DNA of 64,000 nt from Candidatus Parcubacteria bacterium (GTDB lineage Bacteria > Patescibacteriota > Patescibacteriia > CAIXNZ01). The number at the start of each line of letters is the position of its first letter. Positions within the stretch are counted from its first letter, which is position 1. The translations under genes were made by a program, and so were the position numbers. This document shows, in pieces, positions 34,290 to 43,565 of this stretch. Below the pieces are notes generated by a model that was not told the DNA's origin, made no database searches, and saw only the letters and a program-made list of their open reading frames with translations. The stretch is taken from contig JAPLYG010000009.1 of the NCBI GenBank assembly GCA_026395685.1, positions 81,519 to 145,518 on the forward strand, in the 5' to 3' direction.

Positions 34290-37200
34290 TTATCTAAAAG
34301 TTAAATTGCCTATTAAGTATTCTCCCGTATAACCCCGGTTTTCCTGTCCATTAGACGCTCCCCAGCTGTATATATAGGTTCTCAAAGTTCTAGCGCAACA
34401 TGGGCTTAGGAAATCTGTATCCCTTACATCTGCGACAACTAATATATTTAACGGAGAGCCAACAGTTAATCCGTTATTTGCCGTTAAGTTAATATAGGAA
34501 AAATCACTGCCTCCGTAAGTAACATTAGGGAAATATCCGGTACCCATTAAATTTTCAGGAGCCACTGAATCTTTATAAATTTTAACCTCTACAGTATTGT
34601 CTCCGATTTGACCAGGCTCACTGCCAATTAATGTACCGTTTAACTTTAAAGCTAACTGCGTTAAAACAGTATTTTGATTACAATCGGCAACTATTTGCGC
34701 GGCAGTCCTACCGATGATAATAGAGGAGCTATCTTTGGATCTAATTAGACGGTTCCCCGTTTCACTGATAGCGGGATTAAGTGTTACTGCTGTTGCTGTT
34801 CGAGAACATTGGCATTGCCCTGATACTGTATTCATTCCATAGCCTGGCGCGCATAAAAAGTTGCATGTGCCCATACTTAAATTATAATTTTTTACATATA
34901 CAGGCTGCCATTTCGTGCCGGACCAGGCTTGAGTATAAGAACTTTCGCCGTTCCATTGCTGACCGGTATTCAAAGCGCCGCAGGAGATTGTCCTGGTCAG
35001 AGCCTCACACTTTTTTGCAGAGGCATTGTACTCATAGTTCATCTTGCATTTAAAATTGCAGGAGCCCGCGGTTGTAGCATTATAATTTTTTACATATACA
35101 GGCAGCCATTCCGAACCGTTCCAGGTTTGTGTGTATGAGCTGTCGCCATTCCATTCCTCACCGTCATATAAATCCCCGCAGGAAGCTCCCTGGGTCTGGG
35201 AGCATTTATGCGTACTCACATCACTGCATTCTCTGCATATTTGCCCCATTGAATCTATTGATGTTTCCGCGCACTTTTTTGATTGGCAGATGCTCTGGGT
35301 GATTGTTCTGGTATATTCCCTCATGTTTCCTTCCGGGTCTAATTTACAGATTAACTGATCTCCTATCGGCCTGCAGTCCGCATTGCTCTTGCAGTCATTC
35401 AGCCACACCGCCCTGCCAAGTTCGCATATGCCCAAATCAGGCGCTGTCTTGTTTATTATTTTATCAGATTTCGTTGCTATGCCCAGCAAAAGTCCGACAT
35501 GATCCCTGAAAAAGTCACAATTATTCTCATCTAAGCATTTACTTTGGATGAGTTCGGATCTTAGGGGTGTATCCGCCTTGTATGCGGTTTGGAGTGATAT
35601 CATGAGCCTTATGATTTGGCCGATATTAGCTTTATTAAGGAGTGATGATCCTAAAGCGCCTTCCGTAAGTATGTTGCCAATGCAAGAATCTGTCTGATCC
35701 ATTTTTCCGCACCCGTCCACTGCCATATTTAATGTTCCCCGGTGATTACTTACAGCTCCTCCGTCAGAATCTGTCGGAACATTCACCGTAAGGGGGTCAT
35801 TTTCCAAAATGCCTGCCGCTACTACCTGATATTCTCTGCCGTCATTGCCTGTGAGTTTTAAATCAGCGCTTTGGTAGCATATTGCCGGGCATCCGCACAG
35901 ACCTCCAGGTACACCGTCGCAGTTAGAATCCCCGCACTTAAGGTCGCCCTGACTAAAATAAGGATAACCATTATTAATAGAATCACGAATATCCCAAATA
36001 TTTTCATTGGCGTTGTCATCGTACGGATTAGAAACAAAATCCCAAGGCGTTGTCAGGCCAGCTGTCGCAAGAGAAGTGAATGTTTCTATACTTTTCATCT
36101 CCGCAGTTGTCTTGCCCGTGGTGCCGGAAGGGCATATGTCCCTTGATATGCCGGATATTTCAGTGTCCCAGAAGCTATTTTGGCAACTTTCAGGTAGGCC
36201 ACCAGCTACGACTCCCGCTACATTAAACCAATCAGGAGTGGCTTCTATTTTTCCGGCGACATAGGAATTGGAAATTAAACCGAAATTCATTCCTGCTAAA
36301 CCTCCTATCGTAGGAGTCAAGGATGTTGACTTAACAAAAACTCTGGAGTAAGAATTTGAAATTTGTCCCTCATATTGATTTTCTCCCAATAATCCACCGC
36401 AATATTGATTACAATTAACATCCCCTGTCGCATAAGAATTTGATATATCAGCATCATTTTTGCCTACTATTCCCCCCGCATATGTGTCACCTGTAATATC
36501 TACATCTTCCAAGCCGACATTTTTTATAATAACCCTTCCGCCTAATCCGTAAGCGGATGTCTTACCAAATAAACCAATGGGCTTTTTAAAATTAGAATCC
36601 GGCCTGTTTACATATAATCCTTTGATAATATGATTTTGTCCGTCAAATGTTCCTGAAAACGGCGTTCCTTCGGTTCCAATCGGTTCAAACCCCGCGCCGT
36701 TGTTCCAATTTACTGTATCAGAACAGTCAATATCATTGGTTAATACATAATTATTATGGATGGGGAAATTATTAATGGCTTGCAATTCCTCGCAGTCAGA
36801 TATTGATATGGTTTGTGGAGTAATTGATTTTGATTTCATTACAACAATCGCGCCAAATTCCATACCGCAGCTGCCATAATCAATTTTTAAATAACCGTTA
36901 TCATGACTACCAGCATCTGCGCCCCAACTGTTCTTTAATATCCAATAGCCTTTTTCGTCATTATACCCTACTAGGACTACAGCATGGTTTGCCATGGGGG
37001 GATCAAATGAACATCTAAATATGCCATTAGAATCAAAAGTGCCGTTAAGATCCCAAGAAAAAGTTACGCTAAGAGGCCCGTAGTTAATAAGATATTGTTT
37101 AATAATTGCAGAATCAGGAGGCAAAGATAACCACTGATTTATTTTTACTACCCTGCTTTGCCAGTTAGCGCAACGGTCACTACAAGTAGCATCACTGCAT

Positions 37201-38372
37201 GAATTATTAGCTCTATAATTGCAAGTGGTGCTGTCAGGCTTACATGAATTGCCGCACATGCACCCAGATCCATCTATATAAGGCATGCAAGCTTCATCAG
37301 GTATCCCGAAGTCCTTAATAAATGTCAGAGCACCCCCAGACCATCCTCCGCAACAATTTCCGGCATTAGAACAATCAGAAACCAGATATTCTTCTGAAAG
37401 ATCCAAATCAAGGTCAGGATTATTGGCATCAATATTGGCAACTGCCTCCGTAGCACCCACAGTTCCAAATGCCCAGCAACTGCCACAACTCCCCTGATTT
37501 TTTACAGAAGTCATCCAATTGGCACCATTGTAATCTCTCCAGTCAAAGGATGTGGGAAGTGATCCTGAATCGCCTAAAGTGGTCATTTCCACAGTTTGTG
37601 CTTGTGCGGTGTGAGATAACAAAGCAGCCTGTATCTGCTTATCTATAGATTCTGTTTGCATAGACACTGATGGTTCTGTTTTAGATATATTGTTTACCTC
37701 CCCGCACGGTCCGCAATAGCCTCCCTGGTCAAGAAGAGCTTTGACTGCTTCTTCAGCGACACACAAAGTTTTTTCAGCGGCACTTCCAGGCTTGCTGCAG
37801 ACAAACGCCTTGCCTTTGCCGCAAGGAAATTTGCTGCAAGTCTTGTCCAAATTGCAGCTGGTCGCGGACTTTTTATATAAATCCATTAAATCAACGACTG
37901 ATCCGACTTCCTGACCTTTTTTATCCACGCAAACCGCGTATTCCCGGGAAAAAGGATTTTTGCCGTCAGTTTTTATTTTCAAGTCATAGCCTTTTTGGGC
38001 GCAGTATGAATGCTCTTTGCCGCAATATCCCTGGAGAAATTTCCATTCCTCGCATTCCACTTTGTCCGGAAAAATACAGACGCCATATTGGCCATTTTCA
38101 TTTTCCCTGATTTCATAGGAATAACCCAGTTCTTTGCAATGGACTGCCGCGGGATTGGCAAAGCCCCTGCCGATTCCATCAGCAGGAATTTCAGCAGGTT
38201 GAGTTGCGACCGGTTGAGGCTTGGTTGCGGTTTCAACTGTCTTTTTAGGCTTTTGCATTGCCGGAATAATAGCAAAAGCCAAAGCGCTTACTCCGAGCAA
38301 AACAGCTGTCGCAATTGCCAGCTGAATATCAATGCTTGATGTTGTTTTGGTATAAGTTTTCATAGAGATCAA
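34290..38372 (-). CDS. Giant secreted papain-like cysteine peptidase (C1A) with DUF333 domain(s) and Cys-rich repeats (1360 aa)
   Basis: Signal/TM at the N-terminus. DUF333: GFANPAAVHCKELGYSYEIRENENGQYGVCIFPDKVECEEWKFLQGYCG. C1 catalytic Cys box: NQGSCGSCWAFGTVGATEA. His/Asn region: ANHAVVLVGYNDEKGYWILKNSWG. Two tandem ~70-aa Cys/Trp repeats lie near the C-terminus. Confidence 0.8.
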   Translation of the reverse strand: MISMKTYTKTTSSIDIQLAIATAVLLGVSALAFAIIPAMQKPKKTVETATKPQPVATQPAEIPADGIGRGFANPAAVHCKELGYSYEIRENENGQYGVCIFPDKVECEEWKFLQGYCGKEHSYCAQKGYDLKIKTDGKNPFSREYAVCVDKKGQEVGSVVDLMDLYKKSATSCNLDKTCSKFPCGKGKAFVCSKPGSAAEKTLCVAEEAVKALLDQGGYCGPCGEVNNISKTEPSVSMQTESIDKQIQAALLSHTAQAQTVEMTTLGDSGSLPTSFDWRDYNGANWMTSVKNQGSCGSCWAFGTVGATEAVANIDANNPDLDLDLSEEYLVSDCSNAGNCCGGWSGGALTFIKDFGIPDEACMPYIDGSGCMCGNSCKPDSTTCNYRANNSCSDATCSDRCANWQSRVVKINQWLSLPPDSAIIKQYLINYGPLSVTFSWDLNGTFDSNGIFRCSFDPPMANHAVVLVGYNDEKGYWILKNSWGADAGSHDNGYLKIDYGSCGMEFGAIVVMKSKSITPQTISISDCEELQAINNFPIHNNYVLTNDIDCSDTVNWNNGAGFEPIGTEGTPFSGTFDGQNHIIKGLYVNRPDSNFKKPIGLFGKTSAYGLGGRVIIKNVGLEDVDITGDTYAGGIVGKNDADISNSYATGDVNCNQYCGGLLGENQYEGQISNSYSRVFVKSTSLTPTIGGLAGMNFGLISNSYVAGKIEATPDWFNVAGVVAGGLPESCQNSFWDTEISGISRDICPSGTTGKTTAEMKSIETFTSLATAGLTTPWDFVSNPYDDNANENIWDIRDSINNGYPYFSQGDLKCGDSNCDGVPGGLCGCPAICYQSADLKLTGNDGREYQVVAAGILENDPLTVNVPTDSDGGAVSNHRGTLNMAVDGCGKMDQTDSCIGNILTEGALGSSLLNKANIGQIIRLMISLQTAYKADTPLRSELIQSKCLDENNCDFFRDHVGLLLGIATKSDKIINKTAPDLGICELGRAVWLNDCKSNADCRPIGDQLICKLDPEGNMREYTRTITQSICQSKKCAETSIDSMGQICRECSDVSTHKCSQTQGASCGDLYDGEEWNGDSSYTQTWNGSEWLPVYVKNYNATTAGSCNFKCKMNYEYNASAKKCEALTRTISCGALNTGQQWNGESSYTQAWSGTKWQPVYVKNYNLSMGTCNFLCAPGYGMNTVSGQCQCSRTATAVTLNPAISETGNRLIRSKDSSSIIIGRTAAQIVADCNQNTVLTQLALKLNGTLIGSEPGQIGDNTVEVKIYKDSVAPENLMGTGYFPNVTYGGSDFSYINLTANNGLTVGSPLNILVVADVRDTDFLSPCCARTLRTYIYSWGASNGQENRGYTGEYLIGNLTFR

Positions 38373-38438
38373 TTATATTGTTATTGGTTTAATTATAGCA
38401 CAAAAGGCGACCTTATACCTCACTTCGGGGGGGACAAG

Positions 38439-38476
38439 ACGGGGCTCCGCTCCGAAGCTTCGGTGCGGAGCCCCGT
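38439..38476. repeat. 38-nt near-perfect GC-rich palindrome (REP-like hairpin) in the intergenic region
   Basis: acggggctccgcTccgaagcttcggTgcggagccccgt has only two central mismatches. It shares the GCGGAGC/GCTCCGC core with the hairpins at 25561-25597 and 19880-19900. Confidence 0.6.
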
Positions 38477-38711
38477 TCCCACCACTATATTAAAAAAATC
38501 CCTTTATTTCGACGGAATAACACCCAATCAACAATTATCAATCATCAAACAATAACTAAATTATAATACCGAATCATATAAACAAATTAGAATTTAGCAT
38601 TTTGATATTTGAATTTGTTTGATGATTGTAGTTTGATTATTGATTATTTAAAAAATAAAATTACACAACCTCATACAACTTCATAAAACATCATATAACC
38701 TCATACAACTT

Positions 38712-38750
38712 TTCAAATAAAAAAGGCGGACAAAACTAGTTTGTCCGTCC
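38712..38750 (-). terminator. Intrinsic terminator of the DksA/TraR-like gene
   Basis: On the minus strand: GGACAAActagtTTTGTCCgccTTTTTTATTT. Confidence 0.6.
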
Positions 38751-38773
38751 GACCCCTCCTGTTAAGGTATCCC

Positions 38774-39232
38774 CTAGTCAAACATTCTGGCCACGGGTTT
38801 TTTCTTTTCTCTGCTTTTTCTACGTTCCTGAAGTTCAGCCAGACAATGATTGCATAGCTGACCTATCGCGCTGGCCTCGAGTTGATTGATCCCGACTCGG
38901 CCGTCACAATCTTCATTATCCAAATGAAACTCATCCGGACCAATACATTGATTAAAGGTTCCTTCTATGATGCGACTAATAGCCGCATTGACCTTGCCAA
39001 GCTCTCTGCCATTCCAATTGCGGGTACGTACCTCCTCCTCCAAAAACCTGTTGCTATCGGCCTGATCGCAAAGTTCACTATGGCATCCGGCACTTTGCAT
39101 TGGCGCTGACAAAGAGGCTTCCAACTTTTCTTTTTTCTCCTTTAAAATCCGCCAGAACTTCTCAACTTCACGTTTTCTTAGACCGTTTTGAGCTTTAACG
39201 CAAATACCGCCTGTCTTTCCAGCTTCAGCCAT
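38774..39232 (-). CDS. DksA/TraR-family C4 zinc-finger protein (putative)
   Basis: The C-terminal cysteines (NQCIGPD...EDCDG...LCNHC) are preceded by a coiled-coil region, as in DksA/TraR/YteA proteins. The gene is noticeably GC-richer than its neighbours. Confidence 0.45.
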   Translation of the reverse strand: MAEAGKTGGICVKAQNGLRKREVEKFWRILKEKKEKLEASLSAPMQSAGCHSELCDQADSNRFLEEEVRTRNWNGRELGKVNAAISRIIEGTFNQCIGPDEFHLDNEDCDGRVGINQLEASAIGQLCNHCLAELQERRKSREKKKPVARMFD

Positions 39233-39316
39233 GATCTTCCTCCCTTGTCTTGATTAAAAAAAATGGAATCACCTTTTTATGCTATACGAAAACCTAATAA
39301 ATGTCAATGGTCTTTT

Positions 39317-41383
39317 TTATTCCAGATGATTGATCATTTTGCTTTGTTCAATTTTATTTTTTAATAGAGGAAAATCAGCAAGGCTATAATGCTCAAAGAA
39401 ATTATGCGCTTCAGCTTTAGCCAGATTTATAAGCTCCAAATCATTAAAACTGGCAATGTTTAATTCCGGCAAACCCGACTGTCTGGTGCCAAAAACCTCG
39501 CCTGGACCGCGGAATTTCAGGTCATATTCAGCTAAGGCAAAGCCGTCGCTTGATTTTACCAGGGCGCTTAATCTTTCTCTCGTTTTTTGACTAAAATTTT
39601 CAGAAAATAAAAAACAATATGACTGATACTCTCCCCTGCCTACCCGGCCGCGAAACTGATGGAGCTGGGCTAAACCAAAACGGTCGGCTCCTTCAATCAT
39701 CATTATACTGGCATTAGGCACATCAATACCGACTTCCACCACTGAAGTTGAAACCAAAATATTAATTTCATTATTTTTAAAATCATTCATTACCTTTTCC
39801 TTCTCGGCTGATTTTAATTTGCCGTGCAATAAGCCGATCCTAAAATCTGGGAAAACATGTTCCGCAAGTTTTTTGAATTCAGCCGTAACTGATTTGACGC
39901 CTAATTTGTCAGATTCATCAATCAGAGGACAAATAACAAAAACCTGACGGCCTTGATTTATTTCCTGCCTGATAAACTGATATGCCTGCTGACGATTGGC
40001 TTCTTCAATTAATTTAGTAATAATTCTTTTACGGCCCTTGGGCATTTCTTTGATCAGAGACAAATCCAAATCCCCATATAAAACTAAAGCCAAAGAACGC
40101 GGAATTGGCGTAGCTGTCATGGAAATAAAATGCGGCGTTAAACCGTTTCTATTTTTATCTTTCAGCTTTTTCCTTTGTTCCACGCCAAAGCGATGCTGTT
40201 CATCCACGATTACCAGCCCCAAATTTTGGTAATCCACCTCATCCTGAATTAAGGCATGGGTGCCAATAATGATATTGATTTCCCCTGTTTTTATTAATTT
40301 TAATACATCCTGCTTCTTCATTTTATCCTGTCCAAAAATGTTTTTTTCATTGCCGGTCAAAAGAGCAATTTTAAAGCCAAAAGGTTTTAGGAAAGAAGAT
40401 ATTGATTTAAAATGCTGGACAGCCAAAATTTCAGTCGGCGCCATTAATACGCCCTGATAATTATTTAGCGCCGTATTTAATAACGCAATTAAGGCGACCA
40501 TGGTTTTACCAGAGCCGACATCTCCTTCAATCAGCCTGTTGGCCGGAGAAGATTTCTCCAGGTCCAAAAGTATTTGCCAGCTGGCTTTTTTTTGATCATT
40601 GGTCAGAGTAAACGGCAAAGAGCTGACAAAACTTTTAATTTCTTTCTCTTTAAATTGAATCTGGGGAGCTTTTGCCTGAGCTAAAAATTGGCGTAAAATC
40701 TGACTGCTAACTTGAATCAAAAAAAGTTCGTCAAATTTTAAACGCCTGCGGGCTAAAGCCATCTGTTCTTGATTATTGGGAAAATGTATCTGGCTTAAAG
40801 CCTGGGGCAAGGGCATTAAATTATTTTTTTCCCTTATTTCAGGAGGCATCCAATCTTCCACTAAATTAACTGAGCGTAAAGCCTGACTCAGCAAAAAACG
40901 GATTTGCTTTTGCGTCAAATTTGCAGTCAGCGAATAAATCGGCACGATTTTGGCAGTATTAAGGCTGTCAAATTGCGTCGACCGTTCATAAGCAGGCGAA
41001 ACAAACTGTAAAGTGAGTCGCTCAATTTCAGGAGTACCGGAAATAAAAATATCATCACCCGGCTTCAAATTTTTAGTTAAAAAAGGCTGGTTAAACCAAA
41101 TTACCTTAATTGAGCCGGTATCATCTTCGATTAGCGCTTCGGTAATTGTCATGCGGCGGCGATGAGCGCGACGATTTTCAATCAAAACAATTTTCCCTTT
41201 AATCGTCACTGCCTCTCCAGGCTTTAAATCCCTGATATTTACTATTTTGCTATAATCTTCATAGCGGAATGGGAAATTATAGAGCAAATCAAAAACAGTT
41301 GCGATCCCCAGATTTTTAAGGCGCGATGCAGTTGTCTTGCCCACTCGGGTCAAAAGTTCAATCGGTGTATTTAATGAAAACAT
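39317..41383 (-). CDS. recG: ATP-dependent DNA helicase RecG
   Basis: N-terminal wedge/OB domain. Helicase motifs GDVGSGKT and DEQHRFGV, plus motif VI QLHQFRGRVGRG. Length is 688 aa. Confidence 0.9.
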   Translation of the reverse strand: MFSLNTPIELLTRVGKTTASRLKNLGIATVFDLLYNFPFRYEDYSKIVNIRDLKPGEAVTIKGKIVLIENRRAHRRRMTITEALIEDDTGSIKVIWFNQPFLTKNLKPGDDIFISGTPEIERLTLQFVSPAYERSTQFDSLNTAKIVPIYSLTANLTQKQIRFLLSQALRSVNLVEDWMPPEIREKNNLMPLPQALSQIHFPNNQEQMALARRRLKFDELFLIQVSSQILRQFLAQAKAPQIQFKEKEIKSFVSSLPFTLTNDQKKASWQILLDLEKSSPANRLIEGDVGSGKTMVALIALLNTALNNYQGVLMAPTEILAVQHFKSISSFLKPFGFKIALLTGNEKNIFGQDKMKKQDVLKLIKTGEINIIIGTHALIQDEVDYQNLGLVIVDEQHRFGVEQRKKLKDKNRNGLTPHFISMTATPIPRSLALVLYGDLDLSLIKEMPKGRKRIITKLIEEANRQQAYQFIRQEINQGRQVFVICPLIDESDKLGVKSVTAEFKKLAEHVFPDFRIGLLHGKLKSAEKEKVMNDFKNNEINILVSTSVVEVGIDVPNASIMMIEGADRFGLAQLHQFRGRVGRGEYQSYCFLFSENFSQKTRERLSALVKSSDGFALAEYDLKFRGPGEVFGTRQSGLPELNIASFNDLELINLAKAEAHNFFEHYSLADFPLLKNKIEQSKMINHLE

Positions 41384-41531
41384 TATGATAAATTATTGAT
41401 TTTATTGATAATATGTATTAATAATAGCCTATTAACCCAAACTTTTCAACAAAATAAAAAGACAGAAATCCCTAAATTTCCGTCTTTCTCACATAACTTT
41501 AAACTTTGCACTTTAAACTTTACACTTCAAG

Positions 41532-41603
41532 TGCCCCCGCTAGGAATCGAACCTAGATCACAAGATCCGCAATCTTGTGTTCTATCCATTGAACTACGAG
41601 GAC
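41532..41603 (-). tRNA. tRNA-Arg (anticodon GCG)
   Basis: The reverse strand reads GUCCUCGUAGUUCAAUGGAUAGAACACAAGAUUGCGGAUCUUGUGAUCUAGGUUCGAUUCCUAGCGGGGGCA. It folds into a cloverleaf with a 7-bp acceptor stem (two G·U pairs), D stem GUUC/GAAC, anticodon stem CAAGA/UCUUG with loop UUGCGGA, and T arm CUAGG-UUCGAUU-CCUAG. No CCA is encoded. Confidence 0.7.
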
Positions 41604-41858
41604 TTATTTAATTTGTGTGTACTCCATTGCCCGCCAGGGGCGGGCAGGCTGCCTTTGGCGGAAACTACGAGGACCTACTAAGTTGAAAATTCAAAGTGCA
41701 AAGTTTAAAGTTACAGTTAGTAGTTTAAATTTTTGGAATATATTTTTATTTTACGATACCCAATTAGCGTAACGAATATCCAGACCGAATAACGAAAAAC
41801 TATTTTAAAAGGGAGACAAAAATATCTCCCTCTCAAGTATAGAATATTTCTAAAAATT

Positions 41859-42365
41859 TTACAACTTTAATAAGGTCTCCAAAATATCACTTATTGTCTG
41901 GTGTTGTTTATTTAAATCCTCATCCAAATATTCCAATAATTTTTCTCTGATCGGTAAAGGATTATTATTATCTAACGGGATGGACAAATCATCGGGAGAT
42001 AGTCCTTTTAATTTAAAATATATCTTTTTAACGGGCGGGCTGTAAAGAATATAAAAACCGGAAAATTTATCATACTCAAAGAACTGGCCGCCAAGCACGA
42101 TCCCATCCTCGGTAATCTGGAAAATGATATCTTTGGGCGGCTCGTATTTCCTTAAAAAAACAATAAACGTAGCCAAAATAACTATCAGCGCAAAGAAATA
42201 ATTCGTAATCACAATACAGTAAACAACAACGATCACGGCTAAAATAATCATAATTAAGTACCAAAGATTGCTCCTTTGATGCTCGGTAAATTCAGGAATT
42301 TTCCAGCGGAAAAAGACTTTCCCGTAATTATTTTCTTGATTTTGATTTTCTGAGTTTGTTGCCAT
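41859..42365 (-). CDS. Hypothetical membrane protein (168 aa)
   Basis: Two TM helices (LWYLIMIILAVIVVVYCIVITNYFFALIVILATFIVFL) followed by a soluble domain. Confidence 0.45.
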   Translation of the reverse strand: MATNSENQNQENNYGKVFFRWKIPEFTEHQRSNLWYLIMIILAVIVVVYCIVITNYFFALIVILATFIVFLRKYEPPKDIIFQITEDGIVLGGQFFEYDKFSGFYILYSPPVKKIYFKLKGLSPDDLSIPLDNNNPLPIREKLLEYLDEDLNKQHQTISDILETLLKL

Positions 42366-42469
42366 ATATAAGCATTATACAATTATTTCATTAGATAAAC
42401 AAACAAATGTCCCTAAAGTTTGACTAATTGCAGAAAATAAGCTAAAATACTATACATAATAGGGCTTTT

Positions 42470-42562
42470 GGAGAGGTACCCAAGAGGCTGAAGGGGCGGG
42501 TTTGCTAAACCTGTAGGTCGGAGTTTTTTCCGGCGCGGGAGTTCGAATCTCCCCCTCTCCGC
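42470..42562 (+). tRNA. tRNA-Ser (anticodon GCU)
   Basis: GGAGAGG...CGGGU-UUGCUAA-ACCUG with a long variable arm (UAGGUCGGAGUUUUUUCCGGC), T arm GGGAG-UUCGAAU-CUCCC and acceptor 3' strand CCUCUCC. This is a class II tRNA. Confidence 0.8.
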
Positions 42563-42714
42563 CCAGATACAAGTTTATGAGGCAATGTGTTTGAACGGTG
42601 GAAGTTGCATCAATCTATTTTAACCGTTAATTGGTTCTATTTCATAAACTTGTATCTGGGCTCCGTTTGTCCCCCTGTTTTATACAACTAAACGAAAACG
42701 AATAACGACATTCA

Positions 42715-42801
42715 GGAAGGGTGGCAGAGCGGTTGAATGTACCGGTCTTGAAAACCGGAGTCCCGTTTACGGGACCGTGGGTTCAAATCCCACCCCTTCC
42801 G
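42715..42801 (+). tRNA. tRNA-Ser (anticodon UGA)
   Basis: GGAAGGG...CCGGU-CUUGAAA-ACCGG with a long variable arm (AGUCCCGUUUACGGGACC), T arm GUGGG-UUCAAAU-CCCAC and acceptor 3' strand CCCUUCC. Confidence 0.8.
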
Positions 42802-42809
42802 CACATTAA

Positions 42810-43547
42810 TCAATCTTCACGCTGGGCAATAACTAAACCATAAATCTCGGTAAAACCCGCCTGATACAATGCTTGAGCGCACTCCTTCAATGTACTGCCG
42901 GTAGTAATGACGTCATCTATTAAGATGGCTTTTTTAGTATTATCAAAATTCGATTTTAGGCAAAAAGCTTCCTTAACATTCTGCTGTCTTTCGCTTCTTT
43001 TCAAATTTATCTGGGTCTGAGTGTTCTTTATTCTTTCAATTATATTGGAAACTTCAATTCCGGTAGCTTCTTTTAGCTGAAGGGCAATCAATTCACTCTG
43101 ATTAAATCCCCGGAGTAACAAACGTTTTTTATGAAGCGGAACCGGGATAAAAATTGCCTTAGTTTTTTCTAAAGAAAACTCGGTCAATATGTTATTTAAA
43201 TTTAAATATTTAAGTAGAATTTCCCTTAAGATGGCGCTAATTTCTTCGATATAACCGTATTTTAGCTGATGTATCAGCTCCTGGATAACCTTTTGATTAT
43301 AATCAGTTGCCACCCAGATAGCTGCGATTTTTGTTTCAGCTGCACAACTTTCACAAATTTTTCCCCAAGGACTGGGCTTTTTGCAAAGTGCACAATAAAA
43401 TTCTTTGATCAGCTCTATTTGAGAAAGACACTGCTGACATAAATAATCCCCCTCTTTAGCGCAGCCGATACACTCTTTGGGAAAAATTAAATCCAACACA
43501 AATTCCTTAAACTTCTTTAACTCATTTTTAAAATTTTTCATGTACAA
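42810..43547 (-). CDS. comF: ComF family competence protein (phosphoribosyltransferase domain)
   Basis: N-terminal Cys cluster (CIGCAKEGDYLCQQC...CALCKK...CESC) and the PRTase motif AILIDDVITTGSTL near the C-terminus. Confidence 0.7.
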   Translation of the reverse strand: MYMKNFKNELKKFKEFVLDLIFPKECIGCAKEGDYLCQQCLSQIELIKEFYCALCKKPSPWGKICESCAAETKIAAIWVATDYNQKVIQELIHQLKYGYIEEISAILREILLKYLNLNNILTEFSLEKTKAIFIPVPLHKKRLLLRGFNQSELIALQLKEATGIEVSNIIERIKNTQTQINLKRSERQQNVKEAFCLKSNFDNTKKAILIDDVITTGSTLKECAQALYQAGFTEIYGLVIAQRED

Positions 43548-43565
43548 ATTACTAATAACTTTTTT

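Noticed and set aside
34790-35210. Possible DGR template/variable repeat pair inside the peptidase gene
   Set aside because: The two ~200-bp copies differ at many positions with no adenine-specific pattern. No reverse transcriptase gene is present. They are ordinary tandem domain duplicates.
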